Source: Octopus vulgaris (taxonomy: Eukaryota). From it: a stretch of DNA of 64,000 nucleotides. Made by a program: the position numbers and the translations under genes. The stretch lies in the NCBI GenBank assembly GCA_951406725.2, contig OX597818.1, positions 34,534,001 through 34,598,000 of the forward strand. Reading direction: 5' to 3'. This document shows positions 39,601-53,074 of the stretch, piece by piece. Numbering within the stretch: the stretch's first letter is position 1; every line of letters begins with the position of its first letter. Under the pieces are notes generated by a model. It did no database searches. It had not been told where the DNA came from and saw nothing but the letters and a program-made list of their open reading frames with translations.

Positions 39601-42600
39601 AACGACCTTTCATTTTTGAAGGACAATATAAAAGAAAAAAATCCTCCATTTTATGTTTGAGTATATTATATAGTGTTTACTTGCCTTCTTTTTACAGTTA
39701 TTTGTGTTTCTTAATTACTTTTTTATTAGATTTAGTCTTGAACATTTCACATGAGTGTTGATATCTGTATTCATAAAAGGCAGGATGTGTGTGTGTGTGT
39801 ACGTGAATGTAATTTATGCACGTCCACAAATTAGCACACATGTCGCTACAATTTTAGGAGAACATTCGTTATGACCCTAGCTGTATTTTCGTTAACTTAT
39901 TTTTCCCAGAGGCACCAGCAAATAGCAGTAAAAATAAATTTTCAACCAAAACTTTTAACAATTTTCAAGTCAGAGAAATATCCATTGTTTGCAAACAGGA
40001 GTTAAGTCCCCTTCTAGTTGTTGTTTTTTTTCATCGAGGAAAAAAGTGTTTTGCTGATATATGGGGAACACACACAAATACCTGAACATGTATGCAATAG
40101 GTGTACATACGTATGTGTATGTGTGTGTGTTGCAATATATATATATATATATATATAATATAAACCAATTTCAACGGATTTCACCCAAATTTGATGTCGA
40201 TGTTACTTAGTTTAGTTTGAAATAAAGAACTTGATTAGATTAATAATCCTAACTTAATCCTGGGCAAAGCCGGGTTATACTGCTAGTATTAGATAGAACC
40301 TGGAATCTAAAGAAACTGGTGGTCTACATTGGCAAACATTATTTCATAAAAGTTGATGGACAAAAAATATATCAAGTTACAATGAGCTGATTTACTATGA
40401 GGATTGAAAGGTCCAATATTTCAGACAGTTGCCCTTCTTTGGGGATACAGAATAGAGAGGCTGATAGCACAGTGTCAGAAAAATAAATGGGAAAGAAGGG
40501 ACAGAGCAGTGTAGGGTGTTCGTATGGTCAGAGGAGTGGAAAAGGACAATGTGTGAATTATGGAAATAGAGTGATGTGTTAGGAAGTAAAGTGAGGGTGA
40601 AGAGTGGTAAAAAGTATTAGCAAGAGGCAGGTCAGTTGAAATGGAAGGGAAGTGGTGAGATATAATTATGAATGGACTGTAGAAAAAGGAGAATTTAGAG
40701 AATAAAATAAATACAAAGATGGATTTGGAGAAGAGATAGTGTGAGGGAAGTAGGTAGGGAGCTTTAATGGAATGGTTAAAATTGTTAAAAAGAAAATTTG
40801 GCAAGGACTGAGAAAAATTTCATGCAATGGTCTATGATTAGAGATAGGAAGGTGAAGGAGAAATGAGTTGAAATAATGAAAGTATAAGACTGAACAATGT
40901 GAAAGAAATGTCCTAAGTGAAAGAAATAAGTAGAAGCATGGTATGTACAGTATATACATACAGTGAATATGTGCAGTGAATGTGCAAAATATACACTGCG
41001 TTTAAAAACAGAACAGTATGCTTAAATACATGGATGCATGCATGAACCAATGAGGGAACTTTTATGTGGTCATATAATCTGCTAGAAATAGCAACCAAAT
41101 CCACCTCAAATCATACCCCATTATCATCATTATTACTATTACACTTGATTTTTCCATGCTGGCATGGGTGGAATGAGACATTTTGTGGCAGTTTTCTATG
41201 GCCACATACCTTTCCTGGTGTCAACTCTTATTTCCAAGTAAGGAACTTTATTCCATGTTTTCACACATGGAATTACCAAGCTGCTTCACTTCGTCTTATG
41301 TAGTATATAAACAATGTTACCATAACACTAATGGTATCAATATGAAGATATGCAGAGCAAACACACACACACACACACTTATGACAAACTGGTTAAAAAG
41401 TGAAATAGGGTAGACAAAGACTGCATAGAAGGGTTCCAATATTAGATGGATTGTATCCATGATGCAAAGGCAGCGATGGTGTTGGTGGTGGTGGGAGACT
41501 TGCTTCTGTATAATTTCTATTTACCAAATTTAATTTGAAAAGCATTGGTCAATCTGAGACTATGATTGTAGACACTTCCTCAAGATGCCACATTTCCTAA
41601 ATATTGTATGCAAATTGCTGGAATGTCTTTGATAATATCATAGGTTTGTCTGCGTAATCAGAGGCAAACCTGAAGCTAAATAACAACAATGCATTTTTAA
41701 ATAGCAAAACTATGGCAGTAAAGTACCCTGTAAGAGCTGCATGTATACCACACAGAGTGTGTTCAGTATTACGTACGACTGCAAGGACTACTACTTGTCA
41801 AGCTTCAAGCATATAGTTTCCATCCGGATATTGTACGATGGGTTGGTGCCTTCCTCTCAGATCGCTCCTTCCAAGTTCAAGTTAATGGTTCGCGGTCCGA
41901 CGTCTCCAGTGCGAGCAGTGGCGTGCCTCAAGGTTCAGTGCTTGGGCCCTTGTTGTTCTTAGTCTTCATAAATGACTTGCCCGACGACCTCACGCAACAC
42001 ACCCTTCTATTTGCCGACGATATCAAACTGGTCGCTCCTCGCGGTAGTATAGAGGATCTTCGTCGATGCCTCCACCAAATTTGGAAGTGGTCTAACGATT
42101 GGGACCTGTGTCTGAACGTGTCAAAGTGCTGTCATCTGCCTGTCGGCTCTACTCCTGCAACTCAACTTGATTTCGAGCCGGGTCGTCTGCTGCTGGAGAG
42201 GACCGATCAGGTAAAGGACCTGGGTATCTTGGTGGATTCCTCCTTTTCGCCTTCGGCCCAGTGCGTCCATGCTGCCAACAAAGTGCGCGGAATTCTGTTT
42301 TTGATTCGACGGTCATTCGGAATGCTCACAGCACCCATATTCCTACCACTCTATGTCACGCTGGTGAGACCCATATTGGAGTATGGGATTCAAGCCTCTT
42401 CTCCTTATCTCCTCAAAGACATACAGCATCTCGAAAGAGTCCAGAGGCTGGCTACCCGCATGGTTCATGGTCTCAAAAATTTGTCCTACGAAGAAAGGCT
42501 GAGGACGCTCGACCTTTATTCTCTTGAAAACGCCGCCGCCGTGGTGATCTCATTCTCGCCCACAACATCATAAGCAGGAAGTGTAACCTCTCGAAAGAGC

Positions 42601-44631
42601 TGTTCTTCACTCCTGCTCCGGAGCGTCGGCTGCGGGGTCATTCCGAAAAGCTCTACCTGCGACGATTTCATCTCAATCGAAGGAGAGGAGCTTTCTCCGT
42701 CCGGGTTGCGGATCCGTGGAACAAGCTGCCAGACGAGATGGTGAAGATGCCGACGACCGCTTTGTTCAAAGCCTCCCTGGACCTCAAGTGGCCTGAATTC
42801 TTTACATGAACACCACCCTGTACTTAACTCCATGTCCCCCTACATGGCCTTGCTATTTGCTTTTGAGCCAAATTAACTAACTAACTAACTAACTAAGGAC
42901 AACAAACAACAAGAGAAAAATTTCCTCTTCATCTACTCCTCATGGGACTAGAGTGAAATAACCAGGCCTTAAATCTCTTCACAGCTGAGCACACATAGAC
43001 TCCTTTTCCTTTGACTCTTTTGCTGGTTTCTGTCATGGACTCTGGCTGTTCTGGGGCACCATCTTGAAGGATTTAGCAAATGAAATTGACCCAGTAATTA
43101 TTTTTCAGTTTAGTGTATTTAGTGTACCATTCTCTTGCTGAACTGCTAAGTTACAGAGACATGAACAAGCCAACAGCAACTGTCGAATAGAGAGACACAA
43201 ATACACACCACACAACCTATGCAAGCATGGGAAATGGACACGAAGTGATAATGGTAATGATTATGATACATGTATATGGCATACTTCTGCATTGTTCCTG
43301 TTTACAAAATTCACTCCTATTTATTCAGAATTTCCTAAAACATACCATTAATGCTGATATGGAAAACTACATGTTAAGCTATATATATAGAATAAGGAGA
43401 CAAAATTCACAAGTTCATGAAAGAAATTTAGCATATCTCATTCAATAACGTTTTATATCTTCATGTTTCTTTAGGTCCACCCCACAATGTTACTGAAGAG
43501 GATATCCAAAATTTATATGGTAAGTATATAAAAGTTACTCTTCAAAGTAAAGATTTTCCCCGAAGCATAAAGATTGAATTTTCTTTGAAATTAATCCTAA
43601 TTTCTTGAAATTATCCCCTATTTTCTTTGAAAGTTACTAACAATTGTTATGAGTTTTGGTTTTCTTTCTCCAATTAATGAATCCCAATTCATTGAAACAT
43701 TTTTACAGACTTTATAGTGAACCTCACTATCTACCTAAACTATTCAGTTTTTATCAACACAATTCATCTATTAAAGATGACCCAAATTCATATAATGATT
43801 GAAAAAGACTGATTTTCAACTATTCTAAACATGGGCAAGCTTTTTTGGAAGTGGGCCACATGAGACATAGCTCAACATCAAGTGGGCAACTCAACTAAAA
43901 ATGTTCATCGTAATCTTTTGTTAGGCATGCCATTCAGAAAATCCCGTGGGGTCCCAGTTTGCCCACAACTGAACTATACCAATACAATAATCATTCTCAC
44001 ATTTGTTTACTAAATTTCCTGCTCAAATTCCACTCAGAGTACATTTTACTCTTTTATCATGATTCTGTCTTCTCTGATTTTTACTAAACACCCTCCCCAA
44101 GGTCATCAGGATAATCAACTATTTATTTTTGAATATCTAAATACTTTAATAGTGTTCACATTAAAGCTAAGCAAGGCACATTGTAGTATTTGATAGTAAT
44201 GGTTATTAACCCAACAAATAATAATAAAAAGAAAAAGCAACTTCCATATTGTTCCTCATAGGACCAACTAATGTGTCAGGATGGTGTGATTTTGAACTTC
44301 TAAGTTGTAGGTGAACTATGCAATATTCTTAATCATCAACAAGTATTATGCAGCAAGTGCAATTGTTCAGCTATTTTAAATAACCAAAATTACTTCATCA
44401 AGCTACAACATTATGTATTTCAAAACTTGGTTTCACTTTGAAATGCTTGATTAGGCAAGTTCAGTGTATCAGCTGTCATATATTTATTATTATGTACTTG
44501 ATATATATTTCTTTTTGAAAGGTGATATGTGCAGCATTGAAGAAATTGATAAAAATGACAATAGTCCACGGTTCAAAGAAAGGGGATTGGAAGAGATATT
44601 TGAAGTGATCTACTTTTTGAAAATTAAATGA
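30941..44631 (+). CDS. TPMT: Thiopurine S-methyltransferase (TPMT), complete 8-exon CDS, 234 aa
   Basis: Exons 30941-31053, 32905-32997, 33749-33878, 34826-34878, 36253-36327, 39351-39436, 43475-43519 and 44522-44631 all have GT/AG sites and compatible phases (705 nt including TGA). Translation contains W...W...[32 protein letters not shown]...GPP, matching the TPMT family. A splice acceptor just upstream of the ATG (AG at 30931-30932) implies an unlocated non-coding 5' exon. Confidence 0.95.
32905..32997 (+). CDS. TPMT: TPMT (+ copy) coding exon 2: [30 protein letters not shown]
   Basis: taag acceptor, gtaagt donor, SAM-binding motif FFPLCGK. Confidence 0.95.
33749..33878 (+). CDS. TPMT: TPMT (+ copy) coding exon 3: [43 protein letters not shown]
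   Basis: tttcag acceptor, gtaaat donor. Confidence 0.95.
34249..34285 (+). ncRNA. Degenerate copy of the hammerhead motif
   Basis: TGTTT CTGAAGG A GAGC TTT GCTC GAAA CA TA AAACA: core A9 changed to G, stem III ACGT changed to ACAT. Confidence 0.5.
34826..34878 (+). CDS. TPMT: TPMT (+ copy) coding exon 4: [17 protein letters not shown]
   Basis: tctag acceptor, gtaagt donor, 53 nt. Confidence 0.92.
36253..36327 (+). CDS. TPMT: TPMT (+ copy) coding exon 5: [24 protein letters not shown]
   Basis: cacag acceptor, gttagt donor, WDRGALVAI motif. Confidence 0.95.
38443..38829. mobile_element. MITE of the GGATCTTTT-TIR family
   Basis: GGATCTTTTCGGT...ACCGAAAAGATCC termini and a short CCCTAA run; related fragments at ~11239-11445 and ~17165-17451. 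Confidence 0.75.
39351..39436 (+). CDS. TPMT: TPMT (+ copy) coding exon 6: YSQVIKELLSPDCHYMIAAMQYDPSIFQ
   Basis: tttag acceptor, gtaaat donor, phase continuity. Confidence 0.92.
39764..40286 (+). mobile_element. Non-autonomous Helitron in TPMT intron 6
   Basis: A|TC start, subterminal CCTGGGCAAAGCCGGG hairpin, CTAG|T end. Confidence 0.7.
41795..42896 (+). mobile_element. 5'-truncated CR1-clade LINE (RT fragment) in TPMT intron 6
   Basis: GVPQGSVLGPLLF, LFADDIKL, KDLG and LERVQRLATR motifs; frameshift near 42525; (ACTA)n tail. Confidence 0.88.
43475..43519 (+). CDS. TPMT: TPMT (+ copy) coding exon 7: GPPHNVTEEDIQNLY
   Basis: ttttag-type acceptor, gtaagt donor, GPP motif. Confidence 0.92.
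44522..44631 (+). CDS. TPMT: TPMT (+ copy) last coding exon: GDMCSIEEIDKNDNSPRFKERGLEEIFEVIYFLKIK*
   Basis: aag acceptor, in-phase TGA at 44629-44631. Confidence 0.9.
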
Positions 44632-45401
44632 AAGAAAGCTGGGGTTTTTTTTAAAGGTTTGTACTTCTATTTTCTCCTATTTTCTATAAATCTGGTTTCA
44701 GAAAGGCTTCTATATTCATTTCATCATATAATAGATGTTACACTGGAAGGATTTTCCTTCGTGTATCTGGTTATAGTATCTGTCTCACTATAACCTTTTC
44801 ATCATCACCTCCTCCAATGCCTCCTCCCCTCTTAAAAGTTTTTGCCTTGCAAGTACTTGGTGACCCTGTCAGTGCAGGTGCCACTTAAAAGCACCCAGTC
44901 CACACTGTAATGTGGTTGGTGTTTGGAATGTCATCCAGCTGTAAAAACCTTGCCAAAACTGACCTCACCTGTACTTGTGCCATGTAAAAAGCACTACTCA
45001 CCTCACCTGTACTTGTGCCACATAAAAAGCATTAAGTTCTCGCTGCTGAGTGGTTGGTGTTAGGAAGGGCATCGTATGTAAAAAATCCTGCCAAAACAGT
45101 TACAGAAGTCTGGTACAGGCTTTGGCCTGGCCGGCTCTTGTGGTACTGACCCACCCTTGCTAGCATGGAACACAGGCATTAAATGATGATGAGGATGACG
45201 ATCTCTTCAACCATAGGCATGAACTTAGCTCCAGTTGTGTAAGCTGATAATGTTATCAAGCAACAGCAATGTAGTTAATAGCGGAGAAACATATTTTATT
45301 AAACTTGACAGATCAACAATTATATTGACCTTGTGTAATCCAAGTTTGCAACTGTAAACTGTAAATGTGATGTCACTATAATCATGAATCTCCAGCCTTA
45401 A

Positions 45402-46481
45402 CCCTTTCGTTACTATATTTCTGACCAAATTACACCCCTTATGTGTTTCAATTAATTTCTAACGTAATCATAAATTTAGTCTGGTTTCAATAAACAACTA
45501 TAACTTTTTTATTTATCGATATATTAATCTGATTTTTGGAAGATAATTTAATGAAATATTCTCAACCAATTCTATACTATAATTTTTGTCACAAAGTGAC
45601 TCTATTTGCAGGTAGATACAGGTAAATTCCACAAAATATAAAATCATTAAAATTTTGTTCAAACATCGCTATAGAAAATATTAGCTAATATTCAATTGGG
45701 TATACAACAAAATTTTACGATAGAATTTGTTATTCTGGGTAACTTTCTGATACCCATAATAATATCTATGGCAAAATAGGCCTTAATTTCATTTAAGGTT
45801 GTGGGAAATAACAAACTATCCTTTCTTTCGTTTTGTTTACATTTAGCGTAACGGTTCGTTTTCGCTGTAATGATTTCAAATAGGCTCATTCGAAAAAGTA
45901 AATAGAAATAGCCTAAGGCTTTACCCTTCTGGGAAAGTCTGTGGCTTGGTCCAGTTTCTGCAGAAAAATCACCGAAAGAAACAGTTTTTAAATTTTCACT
46001 CCATTCAGGTGCCAATTCGTTTTCTTTATCGCTATCGGAGATCTCAGATTCACTGTTTTCACTTTCGGAAAATGAAACATCAAATTCATTATCAAATACC
46101 ATGTGCTTTTTTTTTCAGTCATAGAGTTAGATTTATGAAGGTCTTCAGTAGAAAATCCTTTGAATTCTGACTCGCTGCCTGATATAATGAAATTCGTATC
46201 CATTTTTTGTCAGAATTACAAATTTTGAAAACACAATAGGAACAAATTTCGGAAAAAAATCTCGCAAAATTCACGGAATTAAAATTACACTTCGATTATT
46301 GTACAAAACTGTAGTTGAACTGTTTACGAAGTATAATACGTGTTTTCACGAATGTACTGAAGAGATTTGCTCTGATATTCTCATTTAAATATGAATAGGT
46401 AAATTCGGGCGGCTTTGGGCGGTTTGGTTTCATAAACCAAAATTTTTTCGGGCGGCTTTGGGCGGTTTGGTAACGAAAGGG
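45402..46481 (-). mobile_element. Internally deleted piggyBac element
   Basis: TTAA|CCCTTTCGTTAC ... GTAACGAAAGGG|TTAA; N-terminal transposase remnant (acidic tract, TNRYA, EIKAYFAI...MGI.KLP) in ORFs 45692-46203. Confidence 0.88.
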
Positions 46482-47328
46482 TTAATCAGCCAAGAAAAAT
46501 GAGGCTTAACCATTTGGCATTCTCATCTAGCATTGTAAATTTTTAGAATGAGATTGTAGGGTAGGTGTGAGAGACTGGATTTGACCAGCATGAACATAAA
46601 ACAGGTAAAATATTTGATCCAGATATGGTTGAAATGCTAAAAGGTATGGTATATTGGATGTACTATGTCAATTTAGAGAAAGATGAAGGCCATGTAAATG
46701 AGAAAAAAAAAATGCATATTGATGAATGCATACAGATGCTTATGGACGTTTATTGTTAATAGATACCTCAAACTTACTTTTATATCATTATTATTATTAT
46801 TGGTTATCTATACACATCTGTTCTTAATTTACTATTAAATTCTGCTTAAGCACTAACTTGTTTATTTTAAGCACATCAATGACACAACTAACTGATATAC
46901 ATTATATATAATGGTTTATAAAAGCTTAAAATTTTTATCCATTTACATCGTAGATTGGATTATGATTATAAAGAGTCAGCCTAAATTCTTTACCATATTT
47001 ACAAACAGTTCAAAAGAGGATTGAATTAGTTTGTTGTGAGCAAGGAGAAAAGACATTTCTTCTTCATAACAAACCAATTAATTGCAGTTTTAAACTGTTT
47101 CTTCTTTGATGCCGATCAGCACTAGTTTTCTTGGGTCCTTTCTCTAAGGGATTTAACCATGTCCTTTTATATTCTGATTTCAGATCCCTCCAACACTGAT
47201 ATGGACTTTTACCCTTTTATATATTCACATTGACTCAATCAGATATACTTTTACTTCTCTGGAACTGGATTTGTACCAAGGAAAAAATCTATACTATTTT
47301 ATTTTCCTTCACTGAAGTTAAACATGTT

Positions 47329-47372
<44 letters not shown>

Positions 47373-48108
47373 TCATACACACACATTAGGCAACCTTTCT
47401 ATCTTCTCTTCTCATTTGGCAAGGGGACTTTTAACTCTTTCAAGCTACAAGACAATCTTGCTTATGTTGTTGCTGTGGAAAAGGCACCCAGTACACTCTG
47501 TAGAATCGATGATGCTAGAAAGGTATGCAGCCATAGAAACCATACCAAAACTGAGGCACTGGAACAAGATGTGGTCCTCTGGTCCATTCAGTCGTATCTA
47601 ACCAATTCCAGTATAAAAAGTGAATGTGAAAATTATGGAGACCGTGTTGATAGCAGTGATAACAATAATTATGACAACATGAAATTTTTTTCTTTATTTA
47701 AAAATATGAATAACATTTAAAAACCATGTATTTTCTAATTGTCTATTAATCATAATACTGTAAAATAGGACCAATGTACAAAATATGTGGAATGAAGTGC
47801 AATTATATAATTTTTATTTTTAAATTCTACTTTTGTATAAATAAAGGAAATACAAAACGTTTAAATAAAAAAGAAAAGCTTTCCATTATTCAGGAATTGT
47901 ATACAAATAAATCATTTAAATTATTTAACCTTGTGTTTTGGTGACTTTATTTTCACTATGAGGACAAGAGACAAAAGATTGCTGCTCTCATTAATCAATG
48001 TTCTGTGTCTTAGATCAGTACTGTAGTGGCAGCAGTGTGAAACTGACGGATGTTTGTTTATTCTTCATATAACTGTAACTAAACTGCAAATGACTGAAAC
48101 AAGTAAAA

Positions 48109-48152
<44 letters not shown>

Positions 48153-48155
<3 letters not shown>

Positions 48156-48520
48156 AGTGGCTGTGTGGTAAGTAGCTTGCTAACCAACCACATGGTTCCA
48201 GGTTCAGTCCCACTGCGTGGCATCTTGGGCAAGTGTCTGCTCCAATACCTCGGACCGACCAATGCCTTGTGAGTGGATTTGGTAAACAGAAACTGAAAGA
48301 AGCCTGTCGAATATATGTATATATGTGTTTGTCCCCCTAGCATTGCTTGACAACCGATGCTGGTGTGTTTACATCCCCGTCACTTAGCGGTTCGGCAAAA
48401 GAGACCGATAGAATAAGTACTGGGCTTACAAAGAATAAGTCCAGGGGTCGATTTGCTCGACTAGAGGCGGTGCTCCAGCATGGCCACAGTCAAATGACTG
48501 AAACAAGTAAAAGAGTAAAA
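48153..48520 (+). mobile_element. tRNA-derived SINE (family also at ~50458-50820 +, ~54040-54423 -, ~59535-59933 -)
   Basis: GGAGTGGCTGTGTGGTAAG A-box-like head, GGTTCAGTCCC B-box-like motif, GTAAAAGA tail, multiple dispersed copies. Confidence 0.8.
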
Positions 48521-49794
48521 GTATATGGTGCTATGCAAAAAGTACTGGTGATAGTACCACATAAAAAGCACCCAGTGCACTCTGTAAAGTGGTTGGCATG
48601 AGGAAGCGCATCAGCTATAGAAACCATGCCAGAACAGACAATGAAGCCTGATGCAGCCCCAGGCATTACCAGCTCCTTTCAAACTGTCCAACCCATCCCA
48701 GCATGGAAAACATGTTAAATGATGATGACATAAAAGTGATGGGCATCTTTCTCTTTCTGTCTAACAAATCCACTTGGTCAGCCCAAGTCTAAAGTAGAAG
48801 ACGCTTGTGCAAGGTGCTATGCTGTGGGACTGAACCTGGAACCTGGAACTTTTTCAGTCTGGCATTTATTCTATCAATCTCAATTTCTTGTAGAGGCTTA
48901 AAGTGAACTTTTTAATCACAGTTATTTTACTTCGTTTTTGCATTTGGTTTTCAAGATTCTTGATGTGAATTTGTGTGTTGAAACAAATTTTGTTGTGTCT
49001 TGGCATAAAGACTCTTCCAAGACCCAACAGTTATTTTAATTTGCAATAATAAATTCAGCTTAAGCTGGCAGAATCGTTAACATGCCAAGTAAAATGCTTA
49101 CCAACATTTCGACTGTCTGCATGTTCTGAGTTCAAATTCCACCAAGGTCAACTTTGCCCTCCATCCTTTCAGGGTCAATGAATTAAGTATCAGTTGCATG
49201 CTGGGGTCGATCTAATTGAATGGCCCCCTCCCCAAAAATTTCGGACCTTTTGCCTAGAGTAGAAAAGAATAAAATAAGTAGCAGTTGAACACAGGGGTTG
49301 ATGTAATCAACTTATCCCTTCCTTTGCTGGCCTTGTGCCAAAATTTGAAACTATTATAATAGATCCAGTGGAGGCTCAATGGCCCAGTGGTTAGGGCAGT
49401 GGACTCGCAGTCGGAGGATCGTGGTTTCAATTCTCAGACCGGGCGTTGTGTGTGTTTATTAAGCGAAAACAGCTCTACAAGGCTCCAGCAGGGGGTGGTG
49501 ACAACTCCTGTTGTACTCTTTCGCCCCAACTTTCTCTCACTCTTTCTTCCTGTTTCTTGAGTAATGCTGCGATGGACTGGTGTCCCATCCAGCTGGGAGG
49601 AACACATACGCCATAGAAACCAGGCTCATGAGCCTGGCTAGGCTTGAAAAGGGCACATAAATAAGATAATAATAATAAATTCAACTTTCATTTATATGTT
49701 ACTTGAAGGTGACATTTTCAGTGGTTTCTTTACAACCTAAAAGATCATGAAATTCAAGTGTTGTTGAGCAAAAAGTTAACTCTACAATGTGATT

Positions 49795-50141
49795 TATTAC
49801 CTCTGCCTTAGTGAAGGCAGAGGTATTGTTTTTGTATTTGTTTGTCTGTGGACAAGATATCTCAAGAACTGCTGGATGGATTTGGATGATACTTTCAGGA
49901 ATATTTAGCCTCATGACTAGCACAAACTGATTAGATTCTGGGATTGATCCTATACTGGACAAAGATACTGGATTATTTTTCCTGCTTTTTGTTACTTAAT
50001 TTTTGAGAGCAGTCGGGTTCATTTTTAGTATTCTCGTTTGTGAGAGCAGTTGAGTTTATTCCAGATATTCTCATTTTAAAAATTATCTCTGGCTAATCGC
50101 TGAGAGGACGTTGGTGTTGCCTTGGCAAAGGTTTGTGCTCT
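49795..50141 (+). mobile_element. Helentron/DINE-1-like non-autonomous element
   Basis: TTATTACCTCTGCC...GGCAGAGG 5' hairpin, short TTTG repeat, subterminal CTTGGCAAAGGT inverted repeat. Confidence 0.55.
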
Positions 50142-51671
50142 TGTTCTTAATTGAAATAATTTTAGTTTGCTTACATTGCTAATGCTTTTGATAGATTTAC
50201 AATTGTCACTTTACAGAACTTCCCTCCTCTCTTCCACTATGACTTTGAATCTCAGAACCTAGTGAAAAGAAATTGATTTTCTTATTGATTAACCATTTTG
50301 ATACCAACCCACCTGAGATTCCCCTTCCCCCACTGGTTTTATGATACATGCTTCCTGTTTTGAAGTGATCTAAATTAAAAGCTTCCATCAAAGTTTCGTG
50401 TTCAGTGTTTCAAACACCAGCTTAATTACGACAAAGTTGTTTTACTGAATTCTTCAGATGTGGCTTTGTGGTAAGAATTTTGCTTCCCAACCACTATTCC
50501 AGGTTCAGTCCCACTGTGTGGCACCTTGGGCAAATGACTTTTACTATAGCCTCAGGTCGACCAAAGCTTTGTAAGTGGATTTGATAGATGGAAACTAAAA
50601 GAAGCCTGTCGTGTGTTTGTCCCCCTATCACTGCTTGACAATCAGTGTAGGTGTGTTTAAGTCCCTGTAACTTAGAGGTTCAGCAAAAGAGACCGATGGA
50701 TAAGTATTAGACTTAAAGAAAAAAGAAGCCTTGGGGTTGATTTGTTCAACTAAAAACCCTTTAAGGCAATGCTCCAGCATGGCTGCAGCTTGTTTCAAAT
50801 GACTGAAACAAGTAAAATACAAAAGACCAAAGACTTATTCCTGGAAGATTCATGGGAGAAGAGTCTCAAGCATGCCGTCCATTGGGTCCTATCAGAAGCA
50901 ATCATCTCCAATAGGTCTAGCTGGATCCCCAAGTGAGACCACTGGAGCTCATATATGTTATCCAACCTCCTTGTTCGCAGTCTACCCCTGGATCTCCTGT
51001 CAGTTGGTTTTATTGATAAAACCTGTCCTGTGATTTTTTTTTTTTTGTGTCATTCTTATTACATGTCCTTAGTTTCAGAGCTATGATCTTTCAATTCAGT
51101 GAAGTAGCAGCTCTACCTGGAGTGCCTTTCTGATCTCTGAGCTATGTACTCTGTCCAGTAACATTACTCCAAAGACCCTTCAGAGGAACCCCATTTCAGC
51201 TACTTGTATTCTTTTGGTCATTACCCAAAATTCATGACCGTAGATAAGGGTAGGCACAAACTAAAGATATAACCCTTTAGCATTCAGATTACTCTGTTAA
51301 ATGTAATGCTTTTTCACTCAAATTGTTTTGAATTAATCATGCATTATCTCACAACTTTAAGGTTTCAATAATGTGATTATTTATTTTCAGAATGTCAGTG
51401 TAGGTTAGGTGTGAGAGGCTAGATATGGCTAGTTCAAATATAAAATATGTAGAATATATTGGGCCGAATATGGCTGGCTTAAACACTAAAGGGTTAAGGG
51501 AGTATGTTTGGCTTTTACAACTACCTCCCTTTGGCAGACTGAATGCTGAAGCTAGTGCATCGCTGCACCAGCTCCTGAAATTCTTGCACTTCATTCTTTG
51601 TTATTTTCGAAATTAATTGAAACAAAGACAGCGTATTTTCACAGAAATATGATAACAAAAGGGTTAAAGGT

Positions 51672-52137
51672 TGTAACAGGATGAGAATTCAGGAACACTG
51701 GAGGGGTGCCTGGTCTGTTCCTGTCACGTTCAATTCAAGTTGAAGAAACGGAGACAAAGTCAGGCTGTCTTCGATAACAGTAAGTGGTGGTTTATTCTGC
51801 AGTTTACAGGTAAAACATGTACACATGTATTTCTTGTGGGGAAACCAGCAAACCGAATCCACAGGACTGGTTACAATGTTCTCTCGTGCGAGTCAAGATG
51901 ATTCGGTGTTCGTTCCCGCTTCGTTGGGGTGAGGTTCCCTGTGCGTAAGGTTGCTCCCTGAGAGAAAGTCAAGCCACGTCCAACCACTAGCGTTGCTCTG
52001 CCAGAAAAGACCAATTCAGGGGTCAGGCTTTCAGGTTGCAGTTCCTGCGCATGCACATGAGGAAACTTCTGGTCGCCAACCGGAAGCAATTCAGTTCTGC
52101 GCATGTGCGCTGAAACTTACACAGTAGCGTCACTACA
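51672..52137 (-). mobile_element. Solo LTR (4 bp TSD, Gypsy-like)
   Basis: TGTA...TACA termini, AGGT duplicated on both sides, GC-richer than flanks, AATAAA on the minus strand near 51790. Confidence 0.72.
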
Positions 52138-52539
52138 AGGTTATAGATGTAGACATGGTTGGCTGTGTTTAAAGAGTTCACTTTAACTTAGGGGACATGT
52201 CTTTCCTACCTTAGCTGATAGAGATTTTCTTCCGGTTGTGCTATGATGAGGACCAAACTGCATGTTCTGATATGCAGCAACAAATCCTGTTGAGTCTAAT
52301 ATGAAAGTCTCAACATACTTCACTCTTTCCAGTGTACATACTTGTGCACCTGTAGATTTTGGTGGTGGTGGTGGTGGTCACAGAGGAGGTGAGCAAGGTT
52401 GTCTTGATCATAATATGAAAGTTGCTGTTCCTCTACACTTACTGTTGTTTATATGTATCTTAATTCAGAGTTGAAGGTCAGTGAAGTTTTGATGTTTCAG
52501 TGTGTATGAGGCTTTTTTTATGTTTCTCTAGGCTGTGAT

Positions 52540-52891
52540 ATATACTTAAAATTAAATGGCCCAAATACATAAGCAATATGGAGCTATGGTAAAGAACAAA
52601 TGAAGTTTCGATTAGGGAGCAAATATTTAAGAAAAAGTGGAAGTGGATTGGTAGCACAATTAGAAAAGACACACCAAATGTAGCGAAAAGTACTTTACAG
52701 TGGAAACCGGATAGATATAGAAGGAGAGGTAGGCCTAAGAACTCATGGCGGAGATAACACAAAAGGAACTGGAGAAAGGAGGACATTCATGGCAGAGTAT
52801 AAGTACAGAAGCCAAAAATTATGCGACATGGAATTCAACTATAAGTGGCCTATACTCCGCATTGGAGGGTTAAAGGCATAAAGAAGAAGAA
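52540..52891 (+). mobile_element. RTE-clade LINE 3' fragment
   Basis: KWKWIG...LQWKP...RRRGRPKNSWRR-like peptide, (AAG)n tail. Confidence 0.65.
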
Positions 52892-53074
52892 AGCTGTGAT
52901 ATAGGTTATGGTTTTAAGATGCTATTGTGGACTATTATAGATATGTATTTGTAAATTTAAATTTTCATATATTAACAGGGACTATAAGGGTTGAAGTTTG
53001 ATGACAAAAATATCATCTGAGTCTCCTTCAATCCATGCCCTACTGTCTTAAACTCCATCTGTCTAACACCTGTG

